A stretch of 64,000 nucleotides of DNA, taken from the NCBI GenBank assembly GCA_012514745.1, contig JAAYZR010000031.1:1371-65370 (forward strand), given 5' to 3'. The translations under genes and the position numbers were made by a program. The notes beneath the pieces are model-generated. The model saw only the letters and a list, made by a program, of their open reading frames with translations, searched no databases and was not told the origin of the DNA. The stretch comes from Candidatus Undivivens industriae (GTDB taxonomy: Bacteria > Omnitrophota > Gorgyraeia > Gygaellales > Profunditerraquicolaceae). Below, one piece after another: positions 40,854-50,724 of this stretch (within the stretch, counting starts at the first letter, position 1; each line of letters begins with the position of its first letter).

Positions 40854-42992
40854 ATGAGTGCCGTTTTATCGGCCGCGGCCGTTTTCGCGGCCGCTCTCGT
40901 CTGTATCAAATCTTTTTCCTTATTCAGGGTTTGCGGCAGGTCCATGCTGCCTTTTTACCGCGGCGGCGACATCCTTGTCTGCGACAGGTTTTTCTTCAGG
41001 TTCACCGGTATCGGCGCGGGGTGTGTCGCTGCGGCAGTGATCGCCGGAGGCAGATACGTTTTAAAAAGGATAACGGCGGTCTCTTATTCGGGCGGCAAAC
41101 GTTTTTTCTTCCTTCGAGGCGACAATCACGCGGAAAGCGCCGACAGCCGCCATTTCGGATGGATAAAAGAACAAGATATCGCCGGGCGAGTCTTGTTCGC
41201 CATCCCTCTGGGCAGGTTCCGAAGTAGTATCCGTTTTTTCTCCCGTATGACGTTATGTCACGCCTGGGGAGGCACGGCGCATATCCTGATCGCCAATATC
41301 CTCCTTGACGAGATCAGACGCTGCCCGAGGAACGCGGCCGGCGAATACGAGGTCGGGTTCCGCAATCTGCTCGACCGGCGGGCGCTTACGGGCAGGATGC
41401 GGCGCAACATTTTTCGCGCCGTCACCGGCAACCCGGAATATTTCCGCGCCGGGGCGGTAGGCCCGGATTTTGCCCCGGATTTTCCTTCCTGCATGACCCC
41501 TACCCATGAATTCGAGAACTTCGATCCGGAGTCAGGGGACGATTACAGGAGCCATTACGCCTGCCTCTATCAGATGCTCGCAGATATGTGCCGCGCGGAA
41601 TGGAGAAACTATTCCGGCAATGATGACCATTGCGACGAGATGAAACAACTCGCTTATTGGGCCGGTTGGCTGACGCACTGCGCCTCCGACGTTTACGGAC
41701 ATCATTGGGTGGGCAAGCTCGCCGGCGGGGACTTCCTCACTTTTTTCCCCCGGTCCGTCCGAATAGCCGAGATAATCCGCAAACATATAGCGGTCGAACA
41801 TTATATCAATATATACATCAGGAACAGGAAGTTCATTTACGGCGGCATCGATATCGACGATATAATGGATGAAAAGGGCGTAAGGCTTCCGTATTCCTAT
41901 CTGAGGGACACTTTCTACAATAACGCTTCCGGTCCGTTCCTGCACCTGCGGGGGTTCCCGATCATCTCCGTCCTGCCGAGGCTGCCGATCGAACTTATGT
42001 CTTATCTGTACCGTCTGGCGGATTGGCATGAAACGAGGCGGGCGGAGGCCGCCGGCAGATACGACGACGCTTTCTATCTCAGCCCGTCGCGGCAATTATG
42101 GAGACTGGTGCGCAACTGGCACAGCTCCCGCAGGGACGAGACCCGCAGGCTGATGGACAAATATCTTGATTGCGGGATGAAAGCCGGCAAGATCGGCACA
42201 GAGGGCGGCTTTATGTCCATGATCGGAGCGCTCTGCAAATACGACGATTTCTTCTCCGCGTTAAAGGACTACATAAATCCGCTCGATAACCTTGGGGACG
42301 CGGTCCTGGGCGGGGCATTTTCCAAACTCAAGGGCCTTGTGGAGAGTATCTTTGGGACCCTGCAGGATTTCTTCTCCAAGATGATTTTGGATGACGCGGC
42401 GGAATTTTTTCGGGACGTTTCCGATTTCCTTGCCGGTGCGCAGGATAATATACTTAATAATACCGTCGGCAGGATGCTGCCGGAAGACGTTTATCGTTAC
42501 CTTAAGGACAGTCCGGCCGGGCTCTTGCCGGACGATTTGTCCGCGCTGCGCGATACCCTGCCTTTCAACGGGGAAGATATCGATCTTTTCAATTTCCCCG
42601 CTTTTTATAATTCTTGTGTCCTGGCTAAACGTCTGCTGTGTTTCAGCGATAACGAGATCTGCGATTACCGGATGCTGAGAGAAGTGGACAACATCGACTG
42701 CCGGGATCAGTATCCGGATACGGGCTATGCCGCGCGGGACATCCTTAACGGCGCCATTCCGCCGGGCAGCGATTACTACAGGTATTTCCGCCAGATGGAG
42801 AACATATTCATCGCGCCCAAGACTTACGTTGGCAACCGCAGGACGCTCGAACTGCATTTGGATAACTGCGTTTTCGCGCGCGCCATGCTTTCATCCAACA
42901 GGGTGTTGTTTAACGACGTGCAGACGGCGTTGAACGCCGGATATAACGGGTGCGCGCACTGCCTGCTGGAATACGACACTGATCTGGCGTGA
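40854..42992 (+). CDS. S26 signal-peptidase domain fused to a Zn-dependent phospholipase C domain and a C-terminal Ada-like metal-binding domain
   Basis: GRSMLP / VLKRI / GDN..SADSRHFG; WGGTAH, GAVGPD, GWLTHCASDVYGH, HIAVE; YVGN..ELH..NC..GYNGCAHC. Confidence 0.8.
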   Translation: MSAVLSAAAVFAAALVCIKSFSLFRVCGRSMLPFYRGGDILVCDRFFFRFTGIGAGCVAAAVIAGGRYVLKRITAVSYSGGKRFFFLRGDNHAESADSRHFGWIKEQDIAGRVLFAIPLGRFRSSIRFFSRMTLCHAWGGTAHILIANILLDEIRRCPRNAAGEYEVGFRNLLDRRALTGRMRRNIFRAVTGNPEYFRAGAVGPDFAPDFPSCMTPTHEFENFDPESGDDYRSHYACLYQMLADMCRAEWRNYSGNDDHCDEMKQLAYWAGWLTHCASDVYGHHWVGKLAGGDFLTFFPRSVRIAEIIRKHIAVEHYINIYIRNRKFIYGGIDIDDIMDEKGVRLPYSYLRDTFYNNASGPFLHLRGFPIISVLPRLPIELMSYLYRLADWHETRRAEAAGRYDDAFYLSPSRQLWRLVRNWHSSRRDETRRLMDKYLDCGMKAGKIGTEGGFMSMIGALCKYDDFFSALKDYINPLDNLGDAVLGGAFSKLKGLVESIFGTLQDFFSKMILDDAAEFFRDVSDFLAGAQDNILNNTVGRMLPEDVYRYLKDSPAGLLPDDLSALRDTLPFNGEDIDLFNFPAFYNSCVLAKRLLCFSDNEICDYRMLREVDNIDCRDQYPDTGYAARDILNGAIPPGSDYYRYFRQMENIFIAPKTYVGNRRTLELHLDNCVFARAMLSSNRVLFNDVQTALNAGYNGCAHCLLEYDTDLA

Positions 42993-43011
42993 CCGGGAGA
43001 CCTAAAGAAAA

Positions 43012-43836
43012 ATGAGCGAAACCGTTTTCGATGAGCATAGCGGTATCGTGTACCGCAGATGGTCGGCCGCGGAGCCGCGCGCGGCGCTTTTGCTGGTACA
43101 CGGGCTGGGATCTTACGGCGGCAGGTGGAGTTTTCTTGCGGAGTTCTTGCTGAAAGAGGGTATCTCTTCTTATGCCATAGACCTGCGCGGTTTCGGCGAG
43201 ACGCCCGGACTTAAAGGCCACGTCGATTCTTTCGGCGTTTATTACGAAGACATAAAGAGTTTGCGCGCTATCATCGCCAGGGACTGCCCGGGGAGGAAGA
43301 TATTCCTCTGCGGCGAGAGCATGGGCGGGCTGATCTCTTTCACGGCCGCCTGCCTGGCTCCCGGCCTGTTCGACGGGCTGATCTGTCTGGCCCCGTCTTT
43401 CAGAAACAGGTTGAGGGTGAAATATACGGATTACCTGAGAATGTTTTTCTTCCGCGTGTTCGCCCCGCGCAAACAGATGCTCCTGCCTTTTACCGCGCAG
43501 ATGTGCACGCGCGACTCCGCTTATCAGCAGGTGATGGAGTCCGACAAACGCGAGATCAAGGTGGCCACCCCGGTGCTTTTGACCAATATACTGCTTGCCG
43601 AGGCGCGCGCGGGCGCGTTCAGTGCTCAACTTTCCTGCCCGGTCCTTTTTCAGGTCCCGCTCGACCTGGATAATTTCGTCGACCCGGAAGGGACTAGAAA
43701 TATATTCCGCGCTCTGCGCATCCCGGACAAGAGAATCATTTTTTATCCGTTGATGCTGCATTCTCTTTCCGTTGACCTGGGCAGGGAAGAGGTGTTTAAC
43801 GATATTCTGGATTGGCTCAATGGGAGGATAAGATGA
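43012..43836 (+). CDS. Lysophospholipase / monoacylglycerol lipase (alpha/beta hydrolase)
   Basis: LLVHGLGS, DLRGFG, GESMGG nucleophile elbow and C-terminal His. Confidence 0.9.
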   Translation: MSETVFDEHSGIVYRRWSAAEPRAALLLVHGLGSYGGRWSFLAEFLLKEGISSYAIDLRGFGETPGLKGHVDSFGVYYEDIKSLRAIIARDCPGRKIFLCGESMGGLISFTAACLAPGLFDGLICLAPSFRNRLRVKYTDYLRMFFFRVFAPRKQMLLPFTAQMCTRDSAYQQVMESDKREIKVATPVLLTNILLAEARAGAFSAQLSCPVLFQVPLDLDNFVDPEGTRNIFRALRIPDKRIIFYPLMLHSLSVDLGREEVFNDILDWLNGRIR

Positions 43837-45314
43837 GATATGTTCTGGCCGTCGACCAGGGGACAACCGGAAGCCGCGCGGTATTATACGACAAAAACGG
43901 CCGCAGGAAAGCCTCGGCTTACGAGGAGTTCAGGCAGTATTTCCCGCGCCCCGGCTGGGTGGAACACGACCCGCTGGAGATCTGGCGCAGCGTGGATAAT
44001 TCCATACAGAAGGTTCTTAAACAGGCGCCGGGCGCTGAGATCGCGGCGGTCGGCATCACCAATCAGCGCGAGACCACCGTCGTCTGGGACAGGGAAACCG
44101 GAAGGCCGGTGTATAACGCCATAGTTTGGCAGTGCCGGCGCACGGCGCGGCGCTGCCGGGAGTTGAAGAAGCGCGGAGGCGCCGAGCAGTTCTTTTCGGG
44201 GAGGACCGGCCTGCCTATAGATGCTTATTTCTCAGCCAGCAAGATCGAATGGATACTGAAGAATGTCCCCGGGGCTTCGGCTAAAGCCGGGAAAGGAAGG
44301 CTGTTTTTCGGCACCACCGACAGCTGGGTGCTTTGGAAACTCAGCTCCGGAGGCGCGCACGCTACGGATTTTACCAACGCCTCGCGCACCATGCTTTTTA
44401 ACATAGAAAAGATGAAATGGGACGACGATATATTGAAGGAATTCGGCATACCGCTCGCGCTCCTGCCGGAGGTGAGGCGGTCGAGCGGTGAATTCGCGCG
44501 CACTGCCCGCCGCGGCAGGCTGGCCTCCGGCATACCGGTTTGCGGCATCGCCGGCGACCAGCAGGCCGCTCTGTTCGGACAGGCGTGTTTCAGACCGGGA
44601 ACTCTCAAGAACACTTATGGAACCGGATGTTTTATGCTCTTGAACGCCGGTAAGAATAGGCCGGTATCGAAACACGGTTTGATCACCACCCTGGCCTGCG
44701 GGGAGGACGGCGGCCCGGTCTACGCCCTGGAAGGAGCGGTTTTTATCGCCGGAGCGGCGATACAATGGCTGCGCGACGGCTTAAAGCTGTTGAAGTCTTC
44801 GTCTGAGTCGGAAGGGATGGCGCGGTCGCTGAAAGATAATCAGGGGGTATATTTCGTCCCGGCCCTGACCGGCCTGGGGGCCCCTTATTGGGATCCGGAT
44901 GCCAGAGGCGCGGTTTACGGGATAACCCGCGGCACAAAGGCGCAGCATCTGGCCAGGGCGGCGCTGGAAGCGATATGCTATCAGAGCAAAGACGTCCTCT
45001 CGGCGATACAGAAGGATTCCGGATTCAAGATCAAGAGCCTGAAGGTGGACGGCGGCGCCGCCGCCAACGATTTTCTCTGCCGGTTCCAGGCGGACATACT
45101 GGGTATCGAGGTGATCAGACCTAAAGTAATAGAGAGCACTTCTCTGGGGGCCGCCTATCTGGCCGGGCTTGCCTGCGGCTACTGGAAAAGCACTGCTGAG
45201 ATTGAAAGACATTGGGAGAGGGACAAGGTATTCAAGCCGCGTATGGAAAGGCGCGAGGCGGCGGCTTACTACAAGGGATGGCTTGACGCGGTGCGAAGGA
45301 CGCTTACCAGATGA
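43833..45314 (+). CDS. glpK: Glycerol kinase
   Basis: DQGTTGSR, GITNQRET, IVWQCRR, GDQQAALFG, KNTYGTGCF and VDGG motifs. Confidence 0.97.
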   Translation: MRYVLAVDQGTTGSRAVLYDKNGRRKASAYEEFRQYFPRPGWVEHDPLEIWRSVDNSIQKVLKQAPGAEIAAVGITNQRETTVVWDRETGRPVYNAIVWQCRRTARRCRELKKRGGAEQFFSGRTGLPIDAYFSASKIEWILKNVPGASAKAGKGRLFFGTTDSWVLWKLSSGGAHATDFTNASRTMLFNIEKMKWDDDILKEFGIPLALLPEVRRSSGEFARTARRGRLASGIPVCGIAGDQQAALFGQACFRPGTLKNTYGTGCFMLLNAGKNRPVSKHGLITTLACGEDGGPVYALEGAVFIAGAAIQWLRDGLKLLKSSSESEGMARSLKDNQGVYFVPALTGLGAPYWDPDARGAVYGITRGTKAQHLARAALEAICYQSKDVLSAIQKDSGFKIKSLKVDGGAAANDFLCRFQADILGIEVIRPKVIESTSLGAAYLAGLACGYWKSTAEIERHWERDKVFKPRMERREAAAYYKGWLDAVRRTLTR

Positions 45315-46744
45315 AGGCATACGATGTAATAATTATCGGAGCAGGTGTGACCGGCGCGGCGATCGCAAGGGAGCTGTCGCGCTATAAACTTCGTATAGCC
45401 GTCCTGGAAAAAGAAGAGGAATACGCTTTCGGCGTCTCCAAATCCAATTCCGGGATAATTCATCCCGGCACGCAGAATTTCCCCGGTTCTCTGAAGGGCA
45501 GGCTCTGCGCGCAGGGAAACCGCCTGGTGAGGAAGATAGCGCGCGAACTCGGAGTGGATTTCAAACAAACCGGCGAATTGATCGTCGCTTTCAACGGGGA
45601 AGAAGCCGGGCGCCTGCGGGAGTTGAAGCGAGAAGCCGAGATGCTCGGCGTGCCGGGCCTGCGTATCCTGGATAAACGCCGGCTTGCCGAAAAAGAGCCT
45701 AATCTCTCTCCGGAAGCGGTTGCCGCTCTCTACGCGCCCACCGCCGGTATCATCAGCCCTTACCGGCTGGTTTATGATCTCTGCGAGAACGCGCTTAAGA
45801 ACGGAGTTGAGATACATACCGGCTGCGGAGTGAAGGCTGTCGGTACCGCCGGCGGCGGATTCTCGGTTCTTACCGTCAAAGGCGAGTTCCGTTCCCGGTT
45901 CCTGGTCAACGCCGCGGGCCTTTTTGCCGACGACGTCGCCGCCATGTGCGGGATAAACGATTTCCGGATCACCCCGCGCAAAGGCGAAGAGTTCATCCTG
46001 GACAAAAAACTGGAGAATATCTCCAGGCATCTTTTGTTCCCTCTTCCCAACAAGATCTCCAAAGGCGTGCTGGTGATCAAGACCGCCGACGGCAACCCGA
46101 TGATCGGCCCCACGGCTCAAGATGCCGCCGACAAGGAAGACCTGGGCACCAGTGATGCCGGCCTTAAAGAGGCCCTGGCCGGGGCGCGCCGGCTGATACC
46201 TTCCATAGATGAAAAAGATATCATTGCCTATTTCGCCGGGCTGCGTCCGGCGGCGGGAGACGATTTCATCATCCGCCGGGAGGAGAAAGTCCCCGGGTTG
46301 ATTACCGTCGCAGGCATACAGTCGCCCGGCCTGACCGCGGCGCCGGCAGCGGCGTTGATGGTTCGTGGGCTTTTGAGAGATTGCGGGTTGGTCTTGAAGA
46401 AGAAATTATTTTTCCGCCCGCGGCAGTCGGAGATCCCGCATTTGTTTTCTCTTGCGTTGAAGCCGGCGGAACGTCTGGTAAAGAAGGACCCGGCTTACGG
46501 GGATATCGTGTGCCGCTGCGAGATGGTTTCGGCCAAAGAGGTGAGGGATGCCGTCAGGCGAGGCGCCTGCACCATGGACGGGATAAAATTCCGCACGCGC
46601 GCGCAGGCCGGCCGCTGCCACGGGAGTTTCTGCACCGCCAGGATCATGCGCATACTCGCGCAAGAGCGTAAACTTCCGCTTACCGGAGTGAGCAAGCGGG
46701 GAAAAGGTTCGGAACTGGTAAAGAAGGACAGGGCTGATGTCTGA
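45311..46744 (+). CDS. Glycerol-3-phosphate dehydrogenase-like FAD oxidoreductase with BFD-like [2Fe-2S] tail
   Basis: IIGAGVTG, SKSNSGIIH, GIQSPGLT and CRCE..GRCHGSFC motifs; follows glpK. Confidence 0.85.
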   Translation: MKAYDVIIIGAGVTGAAIARELSRYKLRIAVLEKEEEYAFGVSKSNSGIIHPGTQNFPGSLKGRLCAQGNRLVRKIARELGVDFKQTGELIVAFNGEEAGRLRELKREAEMLGVPGLRILDKRRLAEKEPNLSPEAVAALYAPTAGIISPYRLVYDLCENALKNGVEIHTGCGVKAVGTAGGGFSVLTVKGEFRSRFLVNAAGLFADDVAAMCGINDFRITPRKGEEFILDKKLENISRHLLFPLPNKISKGVLVIKTADGNPMIGPTAQDAADKEDLGTSDAGLKEALAGARRLIPSIDEKDIIAYFAGLRPAAGDDFIIRREEKVPGLITVAGIQSPGLTAAPAAALMVRGLLRDCGLVLKKKLFFRPRQSEIPHLFSLALKPAERLVKKDPAYGDIVCRCEMVSAKEVRDAVRRGACTMDGIKFRTRAQAGRCHGSFCTARIMRILAQERKLPLTGVSKRGKGSELVKKDRADV

Positions 46745-47729
46745 ACGCGACTTGGTGATAGTCGGCGGCGGGCCGGCGGGAATGGCCGCGGCGCTTTCCG
46801 CCTATGAGCACGGCGTCAGGGATATTCTGCTGTTGGAACGCGACCAGTATCTCGGCGGCATACTCAACCAGTGCATACATACCGGTTTCGGGTTGAACTA
46901 TTTCAAGGAGTCGCTCACCGGTCCGGAATACGCGCTGCGTTTCGCGCGCAGGATAACGGATATAAAGGGAATAGATGTGAGTCTTAAATCTTTCGCGGTC
47001 AGGCTCACGCCGGACAAGATACTGACTTATCTGAAACCGGGAAGGGTGGAAAGGGTGAAGGCAAAAGCCCTGATCATGGCCACCGGCTGCCGGGAAAAGA
47101 CCAGGGAAATGGTGCATATAGCCGGTACCCGGCCGGCGGGTATTTTTTCAGCCGGTCTGGCGCAGAAATTGATCAATATAGAGGGTCTGCTTCCCGGGAA
47201 AGAGGCGGTGATTCTGGGTTCCGGAGATATCGGCCTGATAATGGCGCGGCGTTTTATCCTGGAAGGCGCGAAGGTAAAAGGCGTCGTCGAGATCAGGGAG
47301 CAAAGCCGGGGTCTTACCCGTAACGTCGTGCAGTGTCTTGAGGATTTCGATATACCTCTCTATCTGCGGCACAAGATCTCCCGCGTGCGCGGCAGGGATC
47401 GCGTGGAGGCGGTGGATGTGGCGCGGGTGGATGATCGCATGGAGGAAGTCCCGGGTTCGCAGTTCACCCTGGGATGCGATACCCTTCTGGTATCCGTGGG
47501 GCTGATACCGGAGAACGAGTTGATAGAAATGGCCGGGGTGCCGCTGGACAAGAAAACAAATTCTCCACTTTCCGAAGGGTTGAATAAAACCCCGGTCCCC
47601 GGGTTATTCGTCTGCGGCAACGCCTTTAAAGTGTACGACCTGGCGGATTCCGTCTCCGCGGACAGCCTTGAAGCCGGACGCATGGCCGCGGTATATTTGA
47701 AGCGGAAAGGCGCGAAGGCGGGACAATGA
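46737..47729 (+). CDS. FAD/NAD(P)-dependent oxidoreductase, partner of the G3P dehydrogenase
   Basis: GGGPAG, GGILNQCIHTGFG, LTGPEYA and GSGDIGLIMARR motifs. Confidence 0.87.
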   Translation: MSERDLVIVGGGPAGMAAALSAYEHGVRDILLLERDQYLGGILNQCIHTGFGLNYFKESLTGPEYALRFARRITDIKGIDVSLKSFAVRLTPDKILTYLKPGRVERVKAKALIMATGCREKTREMVHIAGTRPAGIFSAGLAQKLINIEGLLPGKEAVILGSGDIGLIMARRFILEGAKVKGVVEIREQSRGLTRNVVQCLEDFDIPLYLRHKISRVRGRDRVEAVDVARVDDRMEEVPGSQFTLGCDTLLVSVGLIPENELIEMAGVPLDKKTNSPLSEGLNKTPVPGLFVCGNAFKVYDLADSVSADSLEAGRMAAVYLKRKGAKAGQ

Positions 47730-47751
47730 AAGAGGAAGGGCGATAAGTTTT

Positions 47752-48120
47752 ATGTTAAAGAAATTCGTTTGCATAGAATGTCCGCGGGGATGCCTGCTGG
47801 AGGCTGAGATCGAGAACGGCAGAATGGTAAAGGTCAACGGCAATAAATGCCCCAGGGGAGAGGATTATGCCCGCGGCGAGATAGAAAATCCGGCCCGCGT
47901 CCTGACATCGACTATACCGGCGGAAGGGCTCCGGTTAAGGATGGTCCCCGTCAGGACAAACCGGCCGATAGCGAAATCCAGGATGCTTGAGGCCGCGGCG
48001 GAGATCAGGAAGTTAAAGGCGGACAGGCCGGTGCGCGCGGGGGAGGTGATCGCGGAAAATTTTCTGGGCCTGGGGGCTGATCTGGTGGCGACGAGGGACG
48101 TGCCGGGGGATACTGCATAG
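47752..48120 (+). CDS. DUF1667 CxxC protein
   Basis: CIECPRGC, GNKCPRG and NP.RVLTST motifs; usual third gene of this G3P dehydrogenase cluster. Confidence 0.9.
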   Translation: MLKKFVCIECPRGCLLEAEIENGRMVKVNGNKCPRGEDYARGEIENPARVLTSTIPAEGLRLRMVPVRTNRPIAKSRMLEAAAEIRKLKADRPVRAGEVIAENFLGLGADLVATRDVPGDTA

Positions 48121-48160
48121 CCCGTTATCTACAGTTCTCGGAATAATACCCTGTGTGAAG

Positions 48161-49360
48161 ATGAAGGAAGAAAAAGAACGTTACATAGTGCATGTGGATA
48201 TGGACGCTTTCTTCGCCGCGGTGGAACAACGGGACAACCCGGAATACCGCGGCAGGCCGGTGGTAGTCGGCGCCGACCCTAAGGCAGGAGTGGGCCGCGG
48301 CGTGGTATCGACCTGTTCCTACGAGGCGCGCAGGTACGGCCTGCGTTCCGCTATGCCGATCTCGCAGGCCTATCGAAAATGCCCGCAGGCGGTGTTCCTT
48401 CCGGTGGATATGGAGAAATACAGCCTGGTTTCGGAGAAAGTGCTCTCCATTCTGAATTCCTTTTCCCCTCTGGTGGAGCAGGTCAGCATAGACGAAGCGT
48501 TCCTTGACATAAGTTCCAGCTATAAACTGCACGGCACTCCTTATCTGGCTTGCTCAGCGATGAAAAAACGGATAAAGGAGGAGACCGGCCTTACCGCTTC
48601 AGTGGGGCTCGCGCCGAATAAAATGGCCGCCAAGATAGCTTCGGATCTTTGCAAACCCGACGGGCTGTTGGAAGTTACGGCTCCCGGATTGCGCGAGTTC
48701 CTCGATCCTCTGGATGTGGGGCTGTTGTGGGGAGTCGGAGAAAAGACCAGATCATCGCTCAACGCCCTGGGTATCCGCACTATCGGCGAGCTCGGCCGCA
48801 AAACGCGGCAGGAATTAACCGGGCTTTTCGGCAGAAGCGGAGTTTGGTTCTGGGAGGCCGGACGCGGGATGGACGACAGCGAGGTCGTCCCCGAACGCGA
48901 GGCCAAGTCTGTCGGTAACGAAAGCACTTTCGAAGAGGATACCGGGGACAGGAAAACCGTGGAAGGCGAACTTTTCCGGCTTTGCGAACTTGTCTCCGAC
49001 AGGATGAGGGAAAAAGGCGTGAAAGGCAGGACCGTGACCTTGAAGATACGGCTGGAAGGGTTTCTGACTTATACCCGCTCCAAGACTCTGTCCGAGCCGA
49101 CCAATTTCACTGAAGACTTGATCAGAGCGGCAAGATATTTATTCGGAGGATTTTCCTGCCGGGGGAAGAAGATCAGGCTCGTGGGCGTCAAGGCCTCCAA
49201 TCTTTCGGAAGCGGATGAACCCTTGCTCTTCGAGCCGGAAGGCGGGCAGAAACGGGAAAAGGCGCACAAGGCAGTCGACAGAATAAAGAAAAAGTTTGGC
49301 AGGGAGTGTATTTCTCAGGCGTCCGGTGCAGTCCTGGAGAAACGCAGATTTTCCACGTAA
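48161..49360 (+). CDS. dinB: DNA polymerase IV
   Basis: HVDMDAFFAAVE, SYEAR, SIDEAFLD and AKIASD.CKPDG motifs. Confidence 0.96.
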   Translation: MKEEKERYIVHVDMDAFFAAVEQRDNPEYRGRPVVVGADPKAGVGRGVVSTCSYEARRYGLRSAMPISQAYRKCPQAVFLPVDMEKYSLVSEKVLSILNSFSPLVEQVSIDEAFLDISSSYKLHGTPYLACSAMKKRIKEETGLTASVGLAPNKMAAKIASDLCKPDGLLEVTAPGLREFLDPLDVGLLWGVGEKTRSSLNALGIRTIGELGRKTRQELTGLFGRSGVWFWEAGRGMDDSEVVPEREAKSVGNESTFEEDTGDRKTVEGELFRLCELVSDRMREKGVKGRTVTLKIRLEGFLTYTRSKTLSEPTNFTEDLIRAARYLFGGFSCRGKKIRLVGVKASNLSEADEPLLFEPEGGQKREKAHKAVDRIKKKFGRECISQASGAVLEKRRFST

Positions 49361-50619
49361 AAATATGTTGCCGCGAAGATCACAACCTCTATGATAGCGG
49401 TGGCCAGCGCGGCCCCGGTGTAGGAAAAGGCGTTTATCAGCAGGAATATCAGCGGCAGTCCGAAGAGCGCGGTTGTCACGTGTATCCGCGAATAGAGGCC
49501 GGTCCTGCCGCAGACCAGCAGGAATTGTATCCTGAAGGCGTTGGCCGCCACGAAGAAAACGGCGATAAGAAGCAGTCTCAGCGACAATACCGTCTCGTCG
49601 TCCGCCCTGCCGCAGGCTATCTCCGTCAGCGGCCGAGCGAAAAAGAATATCAACGGCAGGCAGATCAGCGATATGAGCGTGGTGATCAGCTGTATCCTTT
49701 TCATCAGAAGGAACGCCTTCATCCTGTTTTTGTGAAATATCCTGCTTAAGCGCGGGAAGATCGCCTGGGAGAATGAGTAGAGCGGGAACGTCTGCACGGC
49801 ATTGGCTATTTTTTCCGCCATCGAGTAGAATCCCGTGGCGGTGTTGTTGGTCAGTAGTCCGACCGCGAATACCCTGGTCGTGGTGTAAGCGTTTATGGCG
49901 ACATTGGAGATGAAAATATCCCATCCGGCTTGGAGCTGCGAGCGGATGTCCGCGTACCCGGGAAACTTGAAGGAAACCCCGAATTTCCTGAATACTATGT
50001 AAAGCCCCAGCACACCGGTTATCATCATTACCCCCGAATTTATCAGCGGCACCAGCAGATAGTCCTGCGGCGTCTTCACGCAGGTGAAGATAAGCAGAGC
50101 CAGTATAACTCCCGCCAGTATGTTCAGGTCGGCTATGTGCCGCATTTTTTCCGTCCCCTGGAAGAACCAGACCGGGAAAAGGGTGTTGCCCGCCACCGCG
50201 CCGAAGCTCAGCAGGTAAACCGGCCAGTCCCGTCTGAATTTAGGCACGAAATATACGAGCAATCCCAGGGCCAGCAGGCTCAAAACCGCCAGGAGTATCT
50301 TGACCGTTATCACGGAGGAGAATACGCAGGAGACCTTGCGGCGTTCTTCCCTGCAGAGGGATATCTCTTTTGTAGCGGATATACCGAAACCGTAGTCGGT
50401 GATGATGGCGAAATACTGCACGAAGGCCTGGGCGAAAGCGATCAGTCCGAATTTTTCCGGGCCTATTATCCGGAAAAGATAAGGCATTATTATCACCGGT
50501 AGGACATAGGTGATAGCCTGCAGAGAGGTGAGGGAGGCGACATTGCCCATGACCACCCTGCGTTCAGCCGGGTGGGCCATTCTGAAAGTCTTTTTTATCA
50601 GTTTAATCAGGTAAGGCAT
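49315..50619 (-). CDS. Oligosaccharide flippase (Wzx/RfbX family)
   Basis: PYLFRIIG, DYGF and WFFQGTEKM motifs; multi-TM. Confidence 0.88.
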   Translation of the reverse strand: MPYLIKLIKKTFRMAHPAERRVVMGNVASLTSLQAITYVLPVIIMPYLFRIIGPEKFGLIAFAQAFVQYFAIITDYGFGISATKEISLCREERRKVSCVFSSVITVKILLAVLSLLALGLLVYFVPKFRRDWPVYLLSFGAVAGNTLFPVWFFQGTEKMRHIADLNILAGVILALLIFTCVKTPQDYLLVPLINSGVMMITGVLGLYIVFRKFGVSFKFPGYADIRSQLQAGWDIFISNVAINAYTTTRVFAVGLLTNNTATGFYSMAEKIANAVQTFPLYSFSQAIFPRLSRIFHKNRMKAFLLMKRIQLITTLISLICLPLIFFFARPLTEIACGRADDETVLSLRLLLIAVFFVAANAFRIQFLLVCGRTGLYSRIHVTTALFGLPLIFLLINAFSYTGAALATAIIEVVIFAATYFYVENLRFSRTAPDA

Positions 50620-50640
50620 TTTTTGTAAGTAAAAGCATTA

Positions 50641-50671
50641 CCCCGGGCTTTGATCCCGGGGAGCTTCATTC
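50641..50671. repeat. IS605-like right-end palindrome
   Basis: ccccgggctttgatcccggggagcttcat; related copies at 17722, 25167 and 54169. Confidence 0.65.
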
Positions 50672-50694
50672 TACAGTCGCCCGGTTGTTTAGTC

Positions 50695-50724
50695 AAGTCC
50701 CCAAGTCCCCAAGTCCCCAAGTCC
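50695..50724. repeat. Tandem 8-mer (aagtcccc) x3 plus a partial copy
   Basis: Read directly. Confidence 0.9.

Noticed and set aside
40854-41220. sodX/sodN nickel SOD locus
   Set aside because: The S26 domain is SodX-like, but no sodN (HCDxPC) ORF is visible and the domain is fused to a phospholipase C fold
48121-48160. Shared LexA/SOS box before dinB, recN and radC
   Set aside because: No common palindrome could be seen by eye
49315-49360. Convergent dinB/flippase overlap as a regulatory feature
   Set aside because: A short 3' overlap of non-conserved tails, which is common in compact genomes
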